Translations under genes and position numbers: made by a program | The notes under the pieces: model-generated | The model's database searches: none | Told to the model about the DNA's origin: nothing | The model's input: only the letters and a program-made list of their open reading frames with translations | Assembly (NCBI GenBank): GCA_030055515.1 | Contig: JASFYI010000002.1 | Coordinates: 63,290 to 127,289 of the forward strand | Reading direction: 5' to 3' | DNA length: 64,000 nucleotides | Origin: Methanolinea sp. | GTDB lineage: Archaea; Halobacteriota; Methanomicrobia; Methanomicrobiales; Methanospirillaceae | Part shown: positions 18,565-28,642 of the stretch, piece by piece | Layout of the letters: each line of letters opens with the position of its first letter | Numbering within the stretch: the first letter of the stretch is position 1

Positions 18565-20383
18565 GCTCCCGCGCCAAAAACCTCTCTTTCCCGTTCCCGG
18601 CCACGAGGCACTTCTCGCTTTGCCCTACGAGGTCTCCCCTCCCGGCCGCGAGGAGGGCCTCCCGGACGAGCGCCCTGTTCCTTGGGTCCCAGTACTGGAG
18701 GAGGGCCCTCTGGATCCTCTTCTCCCTCCCGCGGGGAACGTGGACAGGCTCCATCGTGAACGGGTCGAGACCCGTGTGGTACATGCACGTGGAGACCGTC
18801 ATCGGCGTCGGTGTGAAGTCCTGGACCTGCTCGACCCGGATGCGGTGGTCCCGCGCGAACTCCGCGAGGGCGATCATGTCGGCGACGGTGCAGCCGGGGT
18901 GTCCCGACATGAAGTAGGGGAGGATGTAGCTCTTCTTCCCCTTCCCCTCCTGCAGTCTCCCGAATTCCCCGCAGAACTCGAGGAACACGCCGATGCCGGG
19001 CTTCCCCATGAGGGAGAGCACGCGCGGCGAGACGTGCTCGGGGGCCACCTTGAGATGCCCCGGGACGTGGTACTCGCAGAGGTCCCGGAGGATGGAGTAC
19101 CCGTCCGCGGCGAGGAGGTCGTGGCGGACCCCGGAGCTCACGAGGACCTTCCTCACCCCGGGGACCGCCGAGAGCCGGGAGAGGAGTTGCCGGAACGGCG
19201 CGTGCGAGGTGTGCAGGCGCGGGCAGGCGGGCGTGCACCTCCTCTCCGCGCAGGTCCCTTCTTTCTCCCACCTGTCGCACCTCATCCCGTACATGTTCGC
19301 GGTCGGTCCGCCCACGTCGGAGATCACCCCTGAGAAACCGCGGAGAGAGGCGAGGCGGCTTGCTTCCCGGACGAGCGACTCGATGCTCCTGCTCTGGATG
19401 ATCCGCCCCTGGTGGTGCGCGATCGCGCAGAACGAGCAGCCGCCGAAGCATCCCCGGTGGCTGACGAGCGAGAAACGGACAGGCTCGAGCGCGGGGATGG
19501 GGAGGTCGTAGGAGGGGTGGGCCTCCCTCGCGAACGGGAGCTCGTAGATCGCGTCGAGGGCCTGCGGGGAGAGCGGCTTTGCGGGGGGATTCTGGACGAT
19601 CACGCACTTAGGGTGCCTCTGGGCGACGGGCCTCCCGCGGAACGGGTCCTGTTCCCCGTAGTGGACGGCAAACGCGCGCGCGTACTCGCGGGGATCCTCC
19701 GCGACGACGGTGTACGGGGGGATCTCCACGAGGCCGGGATACCTCTCCTCCTCGAATTCCGCGGGGGAGACTTTCTCGACCGTCCCGGGAATCGGGCGGC
19801 CATCGCCGGGGAGGAGCCCTGCGGAGATCCTCCTTGCGATCTCCACGACCTGCGCCTCCCCCATCCCGAAGACGAGGATGTCTGCGGGCGCGTCCGCGAG
19901 CACCGACTGGCGGACCCTGTCCGACCAGTAGTCGTAGTGGGCAAACCGCCGCAGCGACGCTTCTATCCCCCCGAGGACGACCGGGACCTCCGGGAAGAGC
20001 GCGTGGAGCTTGTCCGCGTACACGAGTGCCGCACGGTCTGGCCGCGACGGTCTCCCCCCGGGGGAATACACGTCCGTCGAGCGCCTCTTCTTCGCCGGGG
20101 TGTAGTTGTTCACCATGGAATCGCAGGCGCCGGGCGCGACCGCGAAGAAGAGGCGGGGGGTACCGAGGGCGAGGAAGTCCGTGCTCCCCCGCCAGTCCGG
20201 CTGGGGGATGATCCCCACGGAGAACCCCGCGTCCCAGAGGACGCGGCCGATGACCGCCGCGGGGAAGGAGGGGTGGTCGACGTAGGCATCGCCGCTCACG
20301 ATGACGACGTCGAACTCGTCGATGCCGAGTCTTCTTGCCTCCTCCATGCTGACGGGGAGGAAACGCGGCTGTTTCTTCCTCAC
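18458..20383 (-). CDS. YgiQ (UPF0313) family radical SAM protein
   Basis: GDAYVDHPSF, EASLRRFAHYDYW, RGCFGGCSFC, DVGGPTANMY, KVAPEH, SGHPGC, EQVQDFTPTP. Confidence 0.92.
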   Translation of the reverse strand: MRKKQPRFLPVSMEEARRLGIDEFDVVIVSGDAYVDHPSFPAAVIGRVLWDAGFSVGIIPQPDWRGSTDFLALGTPRLFFAVAPGACDSMVNNYTPAKKRRSTDVYSPGGRPSRPDRAALVYADKLHALFPEVPVVLGGIEASLRRFAHYDYWSDRVRQSVLADAPADILVFGMGEAQVVEIARRISAGLLPGDGRPIPGTVEKVSPAEFEEERYPGLVEIPPYTVVAEDPREYARAFAVHYGEQDPFRGRPVAQRHPKCVIVQNPPAKPLSPQALDAIYELPFAREAHPSYDLPIPALEPVRFSLVSHRGCFGGCSFCAIAHHQGRIIQSRSIESLVREASRLASLRGFSGVISDVGGPTANMYGMRCDRWEKEGTCAERRCTPACPRLHTSHAPFRQLLSRLSAVPGVRKVLVSSGVRHDLLAADGYSILRDLCEYHVPGHLKVAPEHVSPRVLSLMGKPGIGVFLEFCGEFGRLQEGKGKKSYILPYFMSGHPGCTVADMIALAEFARDHRIRVEQVQDFTPTPMTVSTCMYHTGLDPFTMEPVHVPRGREKRIQRALLQYWDPRNRALVREALLAAGRGDLVGQSEKCLVAGNGKERFLAREPSDRAPRSPPSGTGGIPPSSRRRSCTRSRGRKSSR

Positions 20384-20387
20384 CCTA

Positions 20388-20840
20388 TCACCCGGGCCCT
20401 CCCGGGACGTGGCGGGGGAGGGAGAGCCCGGTGAGGGGATCGGGGACCCTTTCCGTCTCGATCCCCGCGACCTCGAGTATCACCGCCTCGACGACGACGT
20501 ACACCTCGGCCGCGTCCCTCACGCACCCTGTCACCGCGCGCGTGCCCCGCCCGGCCCCCGCGTGGAGGTGGACGCGGGGTCTCCCCCCTTCCCACGAGAT
20601 GGTCCCAAAGCCGACGATCTCCCAGCCGTCTCCGATCTCCTCGCGGTGGGGGACCGGCGGGAGGACCGGTTCCTCGGGCCCGGTCACGAGGCGGGCAGAA
20701 CGGACTGCACCGAGGACGTGGACGAGGCCGCTGCGGATCTCCTTCTCTGCGATGCACGCTTCCAGCGCCGCGAGCAGGTCCTCGCCGTGGTCGACGCGGA
20801 GGAGGAAGACGCGCCCGACCCGGCCCTCAGCGATCTGCAC
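20388..20840 (-). CDS. PPC/DUF296 domain protein
   Basis: RVDHGEDLL, LGAV, EIVGFGTI, VHLH, GC, E motif pattern. Confidence 0.82.
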   Translation of the reverse strand: MQIAEGRVGRVFLLRVDHGEDLLAALEACIAEKEIRSGLVHVLGAVRSARLVTGPEEPVLPPVPHREEIGDGWEIVGFGTISWEGGRPRVHLHAGAGRGTRAVTGCVRDAAEVYVVVEAVILEVAGIETERVPDPLTGLSLPRHVPGGPG

Positions 20841-20873
20841 GCGAATCCCTCCCGCGGCAGGTGGGGGGCACGG

Positions 20874-22697
20874 TCACCTCCCCCCCACGCCCCCGCCGCC
20901 GAAACCTCCTCCCCCGCCGAACGACCCGCCGCCGAAACCGCCGGCGCCCCCACCCCTCGAAGGAGGAGAGAACGCGAGCACGGGGACGAACGCCGCGGAT
21001 AGGCCGCTCGCGAGCGGGACGCCTGCCTCGGGGAGAGGGACGTGCAGTTCCCTCATGGCCCGCTCGACCCTGTCCCCGACGCCGAGCGCGGTGCCGTACA
21101 CGAGCCACTCCCCCCACATGGAGAGGTCCGCGGGGGCGTACTGCCTGATGAGGGCAAGGTCGGAGAGGAACCGCGCGAATGCATCCCACTCGAGCTTCTC
21201 CCTGTACCTGTCGTCCTTCCAGTGTCCAAAGAGGGTGGAGGGGAACGCGAGTGCGATCCCCGCCTGCACGACCGAGGCCCCGAAGAGGACCGCGGCCGGG
21301 ACGAGGAGGTGGGCGAGGACGGGCACGGCGACGAGGACAACGACCGAGACCGCGCAGAGCGCGATCGCGACGAGGAGGAGGGGGATGACGTGGTCCCTCC
21401 CGTCGACGACGTACGCCGCGATGAGGCGGGGGTCGGTCTTCCGCGTCACCATCGTGAGGTCGCGCTGGTACTTGAGGAGGAGCTTCTCGACCGATGGGTC
21501 CCTCGTCGCCCTCCCCGCAAGCTCCCGCACGAATTCCGTGTCCACCTTCCCACCCACCCCGACCTCCTTGAGGAACGAGAGAACCTTCTGCTCGTACTCG
21601 TCGGCACCGGCCTTCGAGTGCACCGAGATCTCGATGTCCTTCCCGCCCGGTTTCTCCTTTACCGTGATGAACCCTCTCCTGTGGAGGTCGAGGAGTGTCG
21701 CGTAGAACCCGTCCTGGTCGAACGTCATGGGGTCCCCCTTGAAGAGGAGGTTGACTGCCCACGGTTTCATCCCCGGGTTCGGCGTGAAGCTCAGGTACTC
21801 CGGGACAGTGAACTCTCTCTCCCTCCCGTACCGGGCGTAGAGGAGGACGAGGACGACCGGCATCGCGACGACCGAAAGTACGCTCAGCGCGCGCAGCGTG
21901 GTTGCCGCGAGGAGGGGAATGATATCATAGGCAGGGTTTGCTGCCCGGATCTTCCCCGCGACGTCGTCCACAGGCACGGGAAAGCCGGGGATCCCGCCCA
22001 TCTCCCCCGCCGGGAAGAGGACCTCTATCCCGAGGACCTCGTCGCCCGCGACGCTCCCCGCGACGACGACTGCCCCGCCATCCCGGGAGACGGACAGCCC
22101 CGGCGGGTGGGGGAAGACCTCGCGCGCGTACCGGGCGGGGACCCGGACCTCGACGTTGCGGAACGGGACGTGGCGGTCGACGAGGCGGAGGTTCAGGTGG
22201 GCATCGCGCGCGTCATGCTCCACGGGCGGGCTGAGGACGTACCGGTAAGTGACGGTGTAGGTCCCCCGCGGGAAGTAGGAAGGGTTGTAGATCCCCACCT
22301 CGTTCCGTTCTGCCCTCTCCCCGACGAACATCGCGTGGGCAGGGTTCCCGGAGCCGTGGAGGGTTACCTCCCCGAGCCTGTCCTTCACGTACCCCACGGT
22401 CCCGGCGGGGACGTCCATCCCGGTGAGCCTCACGTGCGGCACATCGAGAGGCGCGGTGGAGAGGGGGGCGTCCCAGTAACGGTAGAGCATCCGGTACTTC
22501 CCGCCCGCCTTCACCTCGTACGAGAAGACCTCGACGAAGGTTCCGTCCTCGTGGAGTGTCGCCCGGTAATCCGCGACCACGAGGTCCCCCTCGAGGAGGG
22601 CCGGGACGAGGAGCGAGATCCCGATTGCCACGCCGCCCACGACGGCTGCGATGGCCACGAGGAGGGCGAGGTCCCTCTTCTCGCTGTCGAGCACCAT
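20874..22697 (-). CDS. DUF2207 membrane protein
   Basis: ATLLDLHRRG, WDAFARFL.D, WGEWLVYGTALGV, Gly-rich C-terminus; follows lemA. Confidence 0.85.
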   Translation of the reverse strand: MVLDSEKRDLALLVAIAAVVGGVAIGISLLVPALLEGDLVVADYRATLHEDGTFVEVFSYEVKAGGKYRMLYRYWDAPLSTAPLDVPHVRLTGMDVPAGTVGYVKDRLGEVTLHGSGNPAHAMFVGERAERNEVGIYNPSYFPRGTYTVTYRYVLSPPVEHDARDAHLNLRLVDRHVPFRNVEVRVPARYAREVFPHPPGLSVSRDGGAVVVAGSVAGDEVLGIEVLFPAGEMGGIPGFPVPVDDVAGKIRAANPAYDIIPLLAATTLRALSVLSVVAMPVVLVLLYARYGREREFTVPEYLSFTPNPGMKPWAVNLLFKGDPMTFDQDGFYATLLDLHRRGFITVKEKPGGKDIEISVHSKAGADEYEQKVLSFLKEVGVGGKVDTEFVRELAGRATRDPSVEKLLLKYQRDLTMVTRKTDPRLIAAYVVDGRDHVIPLLLVAIALCAVSVVVLVAVPVLAHLLVPAAVLFGASVVQAGIALAFPSTLFGHWKDDRYREKLEWDAFARFLSDLALIRQYAPADLSMWGEWLVYGTALGVGDRVERAMRELHVPLPEAGVPLASGLSAAFVPVLAFSPPSRGGGAGGFGGGSFGGGGGFGGGGVGGR

Positions 22698-22709
22698 TGG
22701 TCGGGTCGG

Positions 22710-23282
22710 CTAGAACGCGATCCTCGGGGGGGTCTGGATCGCTTCCTCGAACTCGAGGTACTCGAGTTTCTGCAGGCCGAGGATGCGGGCGACGATGTTT
22801 GACGGGATGACGTCGCGGAGGGTGTTGTACTGCTGGGAGATGTTGTTGTAGGTGTACCTCTGCCGCGCGATTTCGTCCTCGACGCCCCTCACGGCCTCCA
22901 TCAGGTTCATGACCGTGCTGTTCGTCTTGAGGTCGGGGTAGTTCTCGGCCACGGCAAAGAGCCTCCCGAGGAGCGACCGGGACTCCCTCTCGATCTGGTT
23001 GAGGTCTCCCGGCCCGGCCGTGCCGACGCTCGCCCGCATCGCCGTGACCTTCTCGAATGTCTCCCGCTCGAACGCCGCGTAGCTCTTAACCGCGCCGAGG
23101 AGCTGCTCGATCATGTCGAGACGTTTCTTCATCGCGACGCGTATCTGGCCGAGCGTGGCCTCCGAGGCGTTCTTCAGGGAGAAGAACCTGTTGTAGATCC
23201 CGACGAAGTAGAGGATGATTCCCACCACGACGAGGATTGCGACGAGCGCGATGATCCATGGGATGAGAGCGCCGAGTAGCAT
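22710..23282 (-). CDS. lemA: LemA family protein
   Basis: N-terminal TM, YNRF, KKRLDMI..L, VAENYPDLK, EDEIARQR..YN, PSNIVA. Confidence 0.9.
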   Translation of the reverse strand: MLLGALIPWIIALVAILVVVGIILYFVGIYNRFFSLKNASEATLGQIRVAMKKRLDMIEQLLGAVKSYAAFERETFEKVTAMRASVGTAGPGDLNQIERESRSLLGRLFAVAENYPDLKTNSTVMNLMEAVRGVEDEIARQRYTYNNISQQYNTLRDVIPSNIVARILGLQKLEYLEFEEAIQTPPRIAF

Positions 23283-23389
23283 ACCACACCTTTCGCCCCG
23301 CCGCATCATTAACCTCCCCTCCGGGGCGGCCGCAGGGCGAGGGGAATCGAGAATGGCGCCCGGGAGGAGAATGGGGGACGCGCCCCCGG

Positions 23390-24352
23390 TCACTCCGGGA
23401 CGATCCTCCCCACCACGCGGAGCTTGCCCCCCTCGAGGTAGTGGATGAGGACCGGGGACCCGGGGGGGTAGACGAGGTCCCTTTCCGACCGGAACGTCAC
23501 CTCGGGTCTCCTCCAGTCCCCGCTGTTGTTCACGTACGCGACCCTCGCGGGGACGAACTGCATCCAGTGGCCGAGGTGGACGACCATCTGCTCCCTCAGC
23601 GGGGCGGGCCAGTAGCGGACGAGTTCTGCCCTCCCGTGGTGGATCCCCGAGACCACGAGGGAGGGATCGTTCGAGAGGACGTCGCCGCGGTCGATTCCGT
23701 CCGCCTCGATGCCCTTGAGGGCGAGTCCGACCCTGTCCCCCGCGGACGCGGAAGGCACGTCGTCGTCGTGCTTCTGGATGGAGCGGACGTGCGCGGCCCT
23801 GTTTGCCGGGAGCACCCGGAGCTCGTCGTGGACCCTGACAGTACCCCTCGCGACGGTGCCGAGCACGACGGTTCCCACCCCTTTCACGGGGAAGCAGTGG
23901 TCGACCGGGACCGCCCCGTGCTTCCCTTCCCCGCCGGGGGCCCCCCTCGCGCCCGCGATCTCGAGGAAGGTCTCCCGGAGGAGGTTGTGGTCGTCGGGCT
24001 GGAGCGCGTAGTTCCCGACCACCGTGTCCCTGACGAGGGGGACGACCTGGTCCGGCGAGAGGTAATTCCGCAGGACGAGGACCCCCTCGCGCACGCCCGC
24101 GGCATGGAGCATGAGGACGCACTCCCCGAACGCGGGGGTGATCTCGTCGACGACGAGCAGGGCCATGTCCGCCATCGAGACAGCGTAGAAGAGCGACGAG
24201 ATCCTCTCCGGGTACCTGCTCGGCTCGACGTAGGTGACCGTTGTCTGGTCGCGCTTCTGGTTGTAGAAGGTGATGTCGGATACCGTGCCCTTCTTCCCGA
24301 GGTGACCGGCGTACCCGGCAGGACCGATGACCGCGACGGTGAGGTTCGGCAT
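23390..24352 (-). CDS. SelB/EF-Tu-like protein with degenerate G domain
   Basis: EF-Tu domain II motifs VPVDHCFPVKGVGTVVLG, VRSIQKHD, GDRVGLALKG, RGDVL; no canonical P-loop. Confidence 0.75.
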   Translation of the reverse strand: MPNLTVAVIGPAGYAGHLGKKGTVSDITFYNQKRDQTTVTYVEPSRYPERISSLFYAVSMADMALLVVDEITPAFGECVLMLHAAGVREGVLVLRNYLSPDQVVPLVRDTVVGNYALQPDDHNLLRETFLEIAGARGAPGGEGKHGAVPVDHCFPVKGVGTVVLGTVARGTVRVHDELRVLPANRAAHVRSIQKHDDDVPSASAGDRVGLALKGIEADGIDRGDVLSNDPSLVVSGIHHGRAELVRYWPAPLREQMVVHLGHWMQFVPARVAYVNNSGDWRRPEVTFRSERDLVYPPGSPVLIHYLEGGKLRVVGRIVPE

Positions 24353-24382
24353 GTGCGATACACTATGGAGGGGGAGACGACA

Positions 24383-26662
24383 TCATGGTTTTTCCGCCGC
24401 GGGCACCGTGTTCTTCCCTGGGGAGCGCGGGGGAGGGGGGGAGAGGTACCCCTCGATGGTTCTCCTCTTCAGGAAGAGGGCGAGCAAGGCGAGGAGACCG
24501 GCGAGCGTGCACGCTTGAGCGACCCTGTAATCGAGGGGTTCAAACGTGAATTCGACCCTGTCCGTCTCCTCCCCGAGTGTGCCCGAGACCATGTTCCCGG
24601 CCGGTTCCGCGTCCCTGCCGTTGACCTTCCACCCGGGGTAGTAAGCGGTCTTCAGGACGGCAATGTCGCCTTTATTGAAATGCCCCCTCAGCACCACCCT
24701 GTCGGGCGCAAATTCGTCGATGCACCCCTCGACGAGAACCCCGCCCCTCAGCACGAAGGCGTTCGGCAGGACATGCTCCATCCTGTAGAGGGGGACGCCT
24801 GCGACGACCATGGGGGTTCCCGGAAGCTGGACCGGGGAGCCCTCGAGCGCCGCCGTGTCGACGACCCAGTCCACCGTCGCGTAGGTGACGTTCCCTACCC
24901 GGTAACTCACTCCCGGTGTCCCCTCCAGAAAGTACGCGTAGTAAGCCCGGACGGGGTGGAGGCCATTCTGTACGTACCAGTAGGTGAAATCGATGTGCTG
25001 GAACGGCCAGCCCGTGTCGAGGACCCAGACCTGCCCCTGTCTCTCCGACATCTCCGCGATCGCCGACGCAACTGTCTTTCCCGGGCTCTCCCCGAGCCGC
25101 GGGTCAGAGTCTGCGAGGAAGCCCGTGCAGCCCCAGAGGGTCACGAAAAACCCGGCGAGGAGGATGACGCAGAGGGGACTTTTCGCGAAGGCCCTGAACC
25201 CCTCGCGGTCGGCACCGTACATTACGAGGACGAAAACTCCCGCCATCACGAGGATCTTCGCGACGTTCAGGGGCTGGAGGACCGGGAAATTCTCCACGAG
25301 GACCACTGCCTCGATGAGGAGGGCGGAAGCGAGAAAGAGGATAAGGTTCCTCTGCGTTGCCCTACCCGAATAGAGCAGCGCGAGGAATCCCCCCACGAGG
25401 ACGAGCGAGAGGATCGCCTCGGCAGGCGGGACCGTCTGGAATGGCAGTTCGAGCAGCTTCACGAGGAGGACTGTGGCAACCCCAAAGAGAACCCTCTTCT
25501 TGGCCGCGATGTCGGGAACGATCGCCCCGGACTGCCGGAAGGATGCACTCGCCTTCAGGAATCCTTCCACCGCGAGGAGGATGACGATGGGGACTACCGC
25601 GGCGAATATCCTCCCGGGGCAACGGAGGGACGCAAGGCCGGGGAGGAAGTGGATGAAGGAGAGGAGCGTGTTTCCCCCGTCTGCCCACAAGAAGGCGAGC
25701 ACGATCGCGAAGAAACCGGGGACCGCGAGCGAACGGCGCCCGAGTACGAGCCCGAGAAGCGCGAAAATGCACAGGACCGCCCCGACGAGGACGATGCTCT
25801 CGTGCAGGCCGTAACGGGAATTGATCGTCGTTCCGAAGATGAAGGAACTCAGGTTCCGCTCGAGGAGACCGCCGCCCGAGAGGGGGTCGATCGGGTCGAT
25901 CCTCACGATGGAGCCTGACACGAGGAGGGAGGGGATCCACTTAATCGCCGATAAAAGCCCGGCGAGCGCGATTCCCGCAAAGATGCAGAAAGATGCCTTC
26001 CTGTCGACCGTCTTTTCCCACAGGCCAAACAGGAAGAAGATTCCAAGGACCATCGCCGCGAAGATGACGTAGTACGTCGTCCCCGTGAAGACCAACAGCG
26101 TGGCGACAACAGCGAAACACGCGATATTTTTTATTTTGAGGTCCCGGAACAACGCCATTTTGAGAGAACAGGAGTAGAGGAGGGGCAGCCACGCGAGGGC
26201 AAAGAGGATGACTGTCTGGCCGAGCCTCGCGAGGACCGCCCCGGAGAACGCGTAGGAGAGGGAGAAGACGAGGAGTACCCTCTCGTCCCGGGTGACGAGG
26301 GTCCCGAGGGAGCGGAAAGAGAAGAACGCGATGACGACGTGGAGGAGGAGGACGAAGTTCATCACCGTGATGTCGCGGGTGACGAGGAAAAAGGGGAAAG
26401 AGAGCGGGTAGTAGAGATCGAGGATGGGCCCCGCGTAGTCGGGGAACCCCGTGATCCACATGTTGTTCCACAGGGCGCCGGGGTTTGCAGCGTGGAAATG
26501 GTAGGGCATGGAAAGCTGGAGGATGTCGTGGAACTGCGCGATGAAAGCCCTGCTCAGCACGAAGACCTGAGGGAAAAGGATGAATGCGAAGATGACGGGG
26601 ATGACCAAATAAGGGAATTTCTCTAAATGGAGAGATCCGGGTCTATAAAATTTCAAGTCCAT
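24383..26662 (-). CDS. YfhO-like GT-C polytopic membrane glycosyltransferase
   Basis: Many TM helices; LWNNMWITGFPDYAGP..LYYP and C-terminal YYPGWKVNG...VEFTFEP plus final TM resemble YfhO family; start uncertain. Confidence 0.65.
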   Translation of the reverse strand: MDLKFYRPGSLHLEKFPYLVIPVIFAFILFPQVFVLSRAFIAQFHDILQLSMPYHFHAANPGALWNNMWITGFPDYAGPILDLYYPLSFPFFLVTRDITVMNFVLLLHVVIAFFSFRSLGTLVTRDERVLLVFSLSYAFSGAVLARLGQTVILFALAWLPLLYSCSLKMALFRDLKIKNIACFAVVATLLVFTGTTYYVIFAAMVLGIFFLFGLWEKTVDRKASFCIFAGIALAGLLSAIKWIPSLLVSGSIVRIDPIDPLSGGGLLERNLSSFIFGTTINSRYGLHESIVLVGAVLCIFALLGLVLGRRSLAVPGFFAIVLAFLWADGGNTLLSFIHFLPGLASLRCPGRIFAAVVPIVILLAVEGFLKASASFRQSGAIVPDIAAKKRVLFGVATVLLVKLLELPFQTVPPAEAILSLVLVGGFLALLYSGRATQRNLILFLASALLIEAVVLVENFPVLQPLNVAKILVMAGVFVLVMYGADREGFRAFAKSPLCVILLAGFFVTLWGCTGFLADSDPRLGESPGKTVASAIAEMSERQGQVWVLDTGWPFQHIDFTYWYVQNGLHPVRAYYAYFLEGTPGVSYRVGNVTYATVDWVVDTAALEGSPVQLPGTPMVVAGVPLYRMEHVLPNAFVLRGGVLVEGCIDEFAPDRVVLRGHFNKGDIAVLKTAYYPGWKVNGRDAEPAGNMVSGTLGEETDRVEFTFEPLDYRVAQACTLAGLLALLALFLKRRTIEGYLSPPPPRSPGKNTVPAAEKP

Positions 26663-26919
26663 ACCGGAGTCTTCACGCCGGTCACCGAGATAAGAATTCC
26701 CTTTTCGCCGGGCGATACGGGGATTTCGCGTGCGAGGTGTAAATGTCCATCGCAGAACCATTTCCGTACCCGCCTCTCTTCGGCGTGGACGGAAAAACAC
26801 CTCGTTTCTCCCCCGGGAGGTATTCGTCGTTGGTATCCGGACTATATACCTGGGTCGGTGAGGAACCAATATATGTGGTACAAATCGGATAATAATATGG
26901 AATAGAGACGGTTTTTCTC

Positions 26920-28566
26920 ATGGGAAGCGACCGCGCAGGAAAGATTATCCATTTTGTCCAGATTGGCCTTGCCATCGCGATCATTCTCGCGATCTTCTCG
27001 TTTATCTCTGCGTCTGAATTCCTCGCAATTATCGCCTCGATAGACCTCCGGTTCTTCCTCCTCGCGCTCGCCTGCTACTTCTGCAACAATCTCCTCATGG
27101 CCCTCAGGCTCAAGCGGCTCCTCGCGCACCAGGGGAGAAAAATCAGGTTTAAATTCGCGTTCTGGGCCCACATGGCAGGAATGGCCCTCTCTGATTTCAC
27201 TCCCCTACGGAGTGGCTACCTCTATACTGCCGTGGTACTTGACAAGAGAGGAGTCCCCCTCGAGACAGGCACGGCAACGATCACGTCGACGTACATCTAC
27301 GATCTCCTCTTCAAAATCTCGATCGCGCTCCTCGGACTATGGTACCTCTACGCGACCCTCATCTCCCCCGGACTGTTCGCGGTCACCGTGGTGTTTGTCA
27401 CGTCCATCGCCGTGATCCTCGCCTTTTACTTCCTCGCGCTCTATCCCCCGCGAATGGTGCGCCATTTCGCCGAGAAGTGGCGGTTGGGTTCCAAATTGCT
27501 CGCGATAGGCGAGGAAGGCCGCAAAATCCAACAATTCGTTCCCTTCATCCTCTGCATCGCCCTGCTCGGCTGGCTCCTCCGCGGCCTGCAGTGGTTCTTC
27601 GTGGGCATGTCGCTCCACGTGGTATTCCGGGCCCCCTACGACGCATTCTTCCTCTCGCCGCTGCTCACACTCTTTTCCCTCGTCCCGCTCACTCCCGCAG
27701 GACTCGGCATCCAGGAAACAGCGATCATCACGTTCTTCTCTCTCATCGGGATACCGATTGCACTCTCGGCGACGTTCGCACTGGTGGTCCGGGGAGGCGA
27801 GATCCTCGTTGATGCGTGCGGGATTAAGGGATTTTTTGTCCGGTCACAGGATGAATCGGCATTGAAAGCCCATTACCAGGCATTCCCGGGCGATATTGAC
27901 GAGAAGGCATACAATTCCAACCTCCTCGTCCAGCGTTATTTTCAACGCAGGAAGACCGAGATGATAGAAAAATCCCTCGATTCCCGTGGCGGGGTCCTCC
28001 TCGACCTCGGCTGTGGCAGCGGAGTCCAGATTGCCGCGGTGCGGAGAGAGTACAAGGGGGAGGTAATCGGAATCGACTTGAACAGGAATGCCTTGCTCTA
28101 CGCGCGGGGGAAAAACATCCCGGGGGCATCCTTCATCCTCGCGAATGTCCACCATCTCCCAATCCGCGAGGGCTCCGTGAACCAGGTCATCTGCTCGGAG
28201 CTAATCGAGCACCTCCCGAGACCTGAAGCAGTCATAGGAGAGATCCGCAGGGTCCTCGTCCCCGGTGGGGAAGTCGTGATCACGACACCGAACGAGCGCT
28301 CGATCTGGGGTCTTTACGAGCTCTTGTGGGACGTTTTCGGGCACGGGAGGAACTACGGGGAAACCCACCTCCGATTCTTCTCGGTCCCCGAGTTGTCTTC
28401 GCTCTTCTCGGATTTTACCTCTCGTTCCTCCCGCACGATCTTCTTCCTCTCCCCCGTCTTCGCACTCACGAATTCCCCTGCCTTCCTCCGCGCGGGACTG
28501 AAAATCGACGAGTTCTTCGAGAGATGGGGATGGGGTGTCTCGATCGTCTTCCACGCGAGGAAATGA
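26920..28566 (+). CDS. Fusion of LPG-synthase TM (flippase-like) domain and class I SAM methyltransferase
   Basis: N-terminal ~300 aa hydrophobic with FTPLRSG and PLTPAGLGIQE; C-terminal LLDLGCGSG, SELIEHL, LVPGGEVVITTPN. Confidence 0.8.
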   Translation: MGSDRAGKIIHFVQIGLAIAIILAIFSFISASEFLAIIASIDLRFFLLALACYFCNNLLMALRLKRLLAHQGRKIRFKFAFWAHMAGMALSDFTPLRSGYLYTAVVLDKRGVPLETGTATITSTYIYDLLFKISIALLGLWYLYATLISPGLFAVTVVFVTSIAVILAFYFLALYPPRMVRHFAEKWRLGSKLLAIGEEGRKIQQFVPFILCIALLGWLLRGLQWFFVGMSLHVVFRAPYDAFFLSPLLTLFSLVPLTPAGLGIQETAIITFFSLIGIPIALSATFALVVRGGEILVDACGIKGFFVRSQDESALKAHYQAFPGDIDEKAYNSNLLVQRYFQRRKTEMIEKSLDSRGGVLLDLGCGSGVQIAAVRREYKGEVIGIDLNRNALLYARGKNIPGASFILANVHHLPIREGSVNQVICSELIEHLPRPEAVIGEIRRVLVPGGEVVITTPNERSIWGLYELLWDVFGHGRNYGETHLRFFSVPELSSLFSDFTSRSSRTIFFLSPVFALTNSPAFLRAGLKIDEFFERWGWGVSIVFHARK

Positions 28567-28642
28567 GGGAGGACTGGATCCCGGCCACGGCGAGGAGCAC
28601 CCAACCTATAAATTTCGACGACGCGAAGGGAATGAGAGGATC

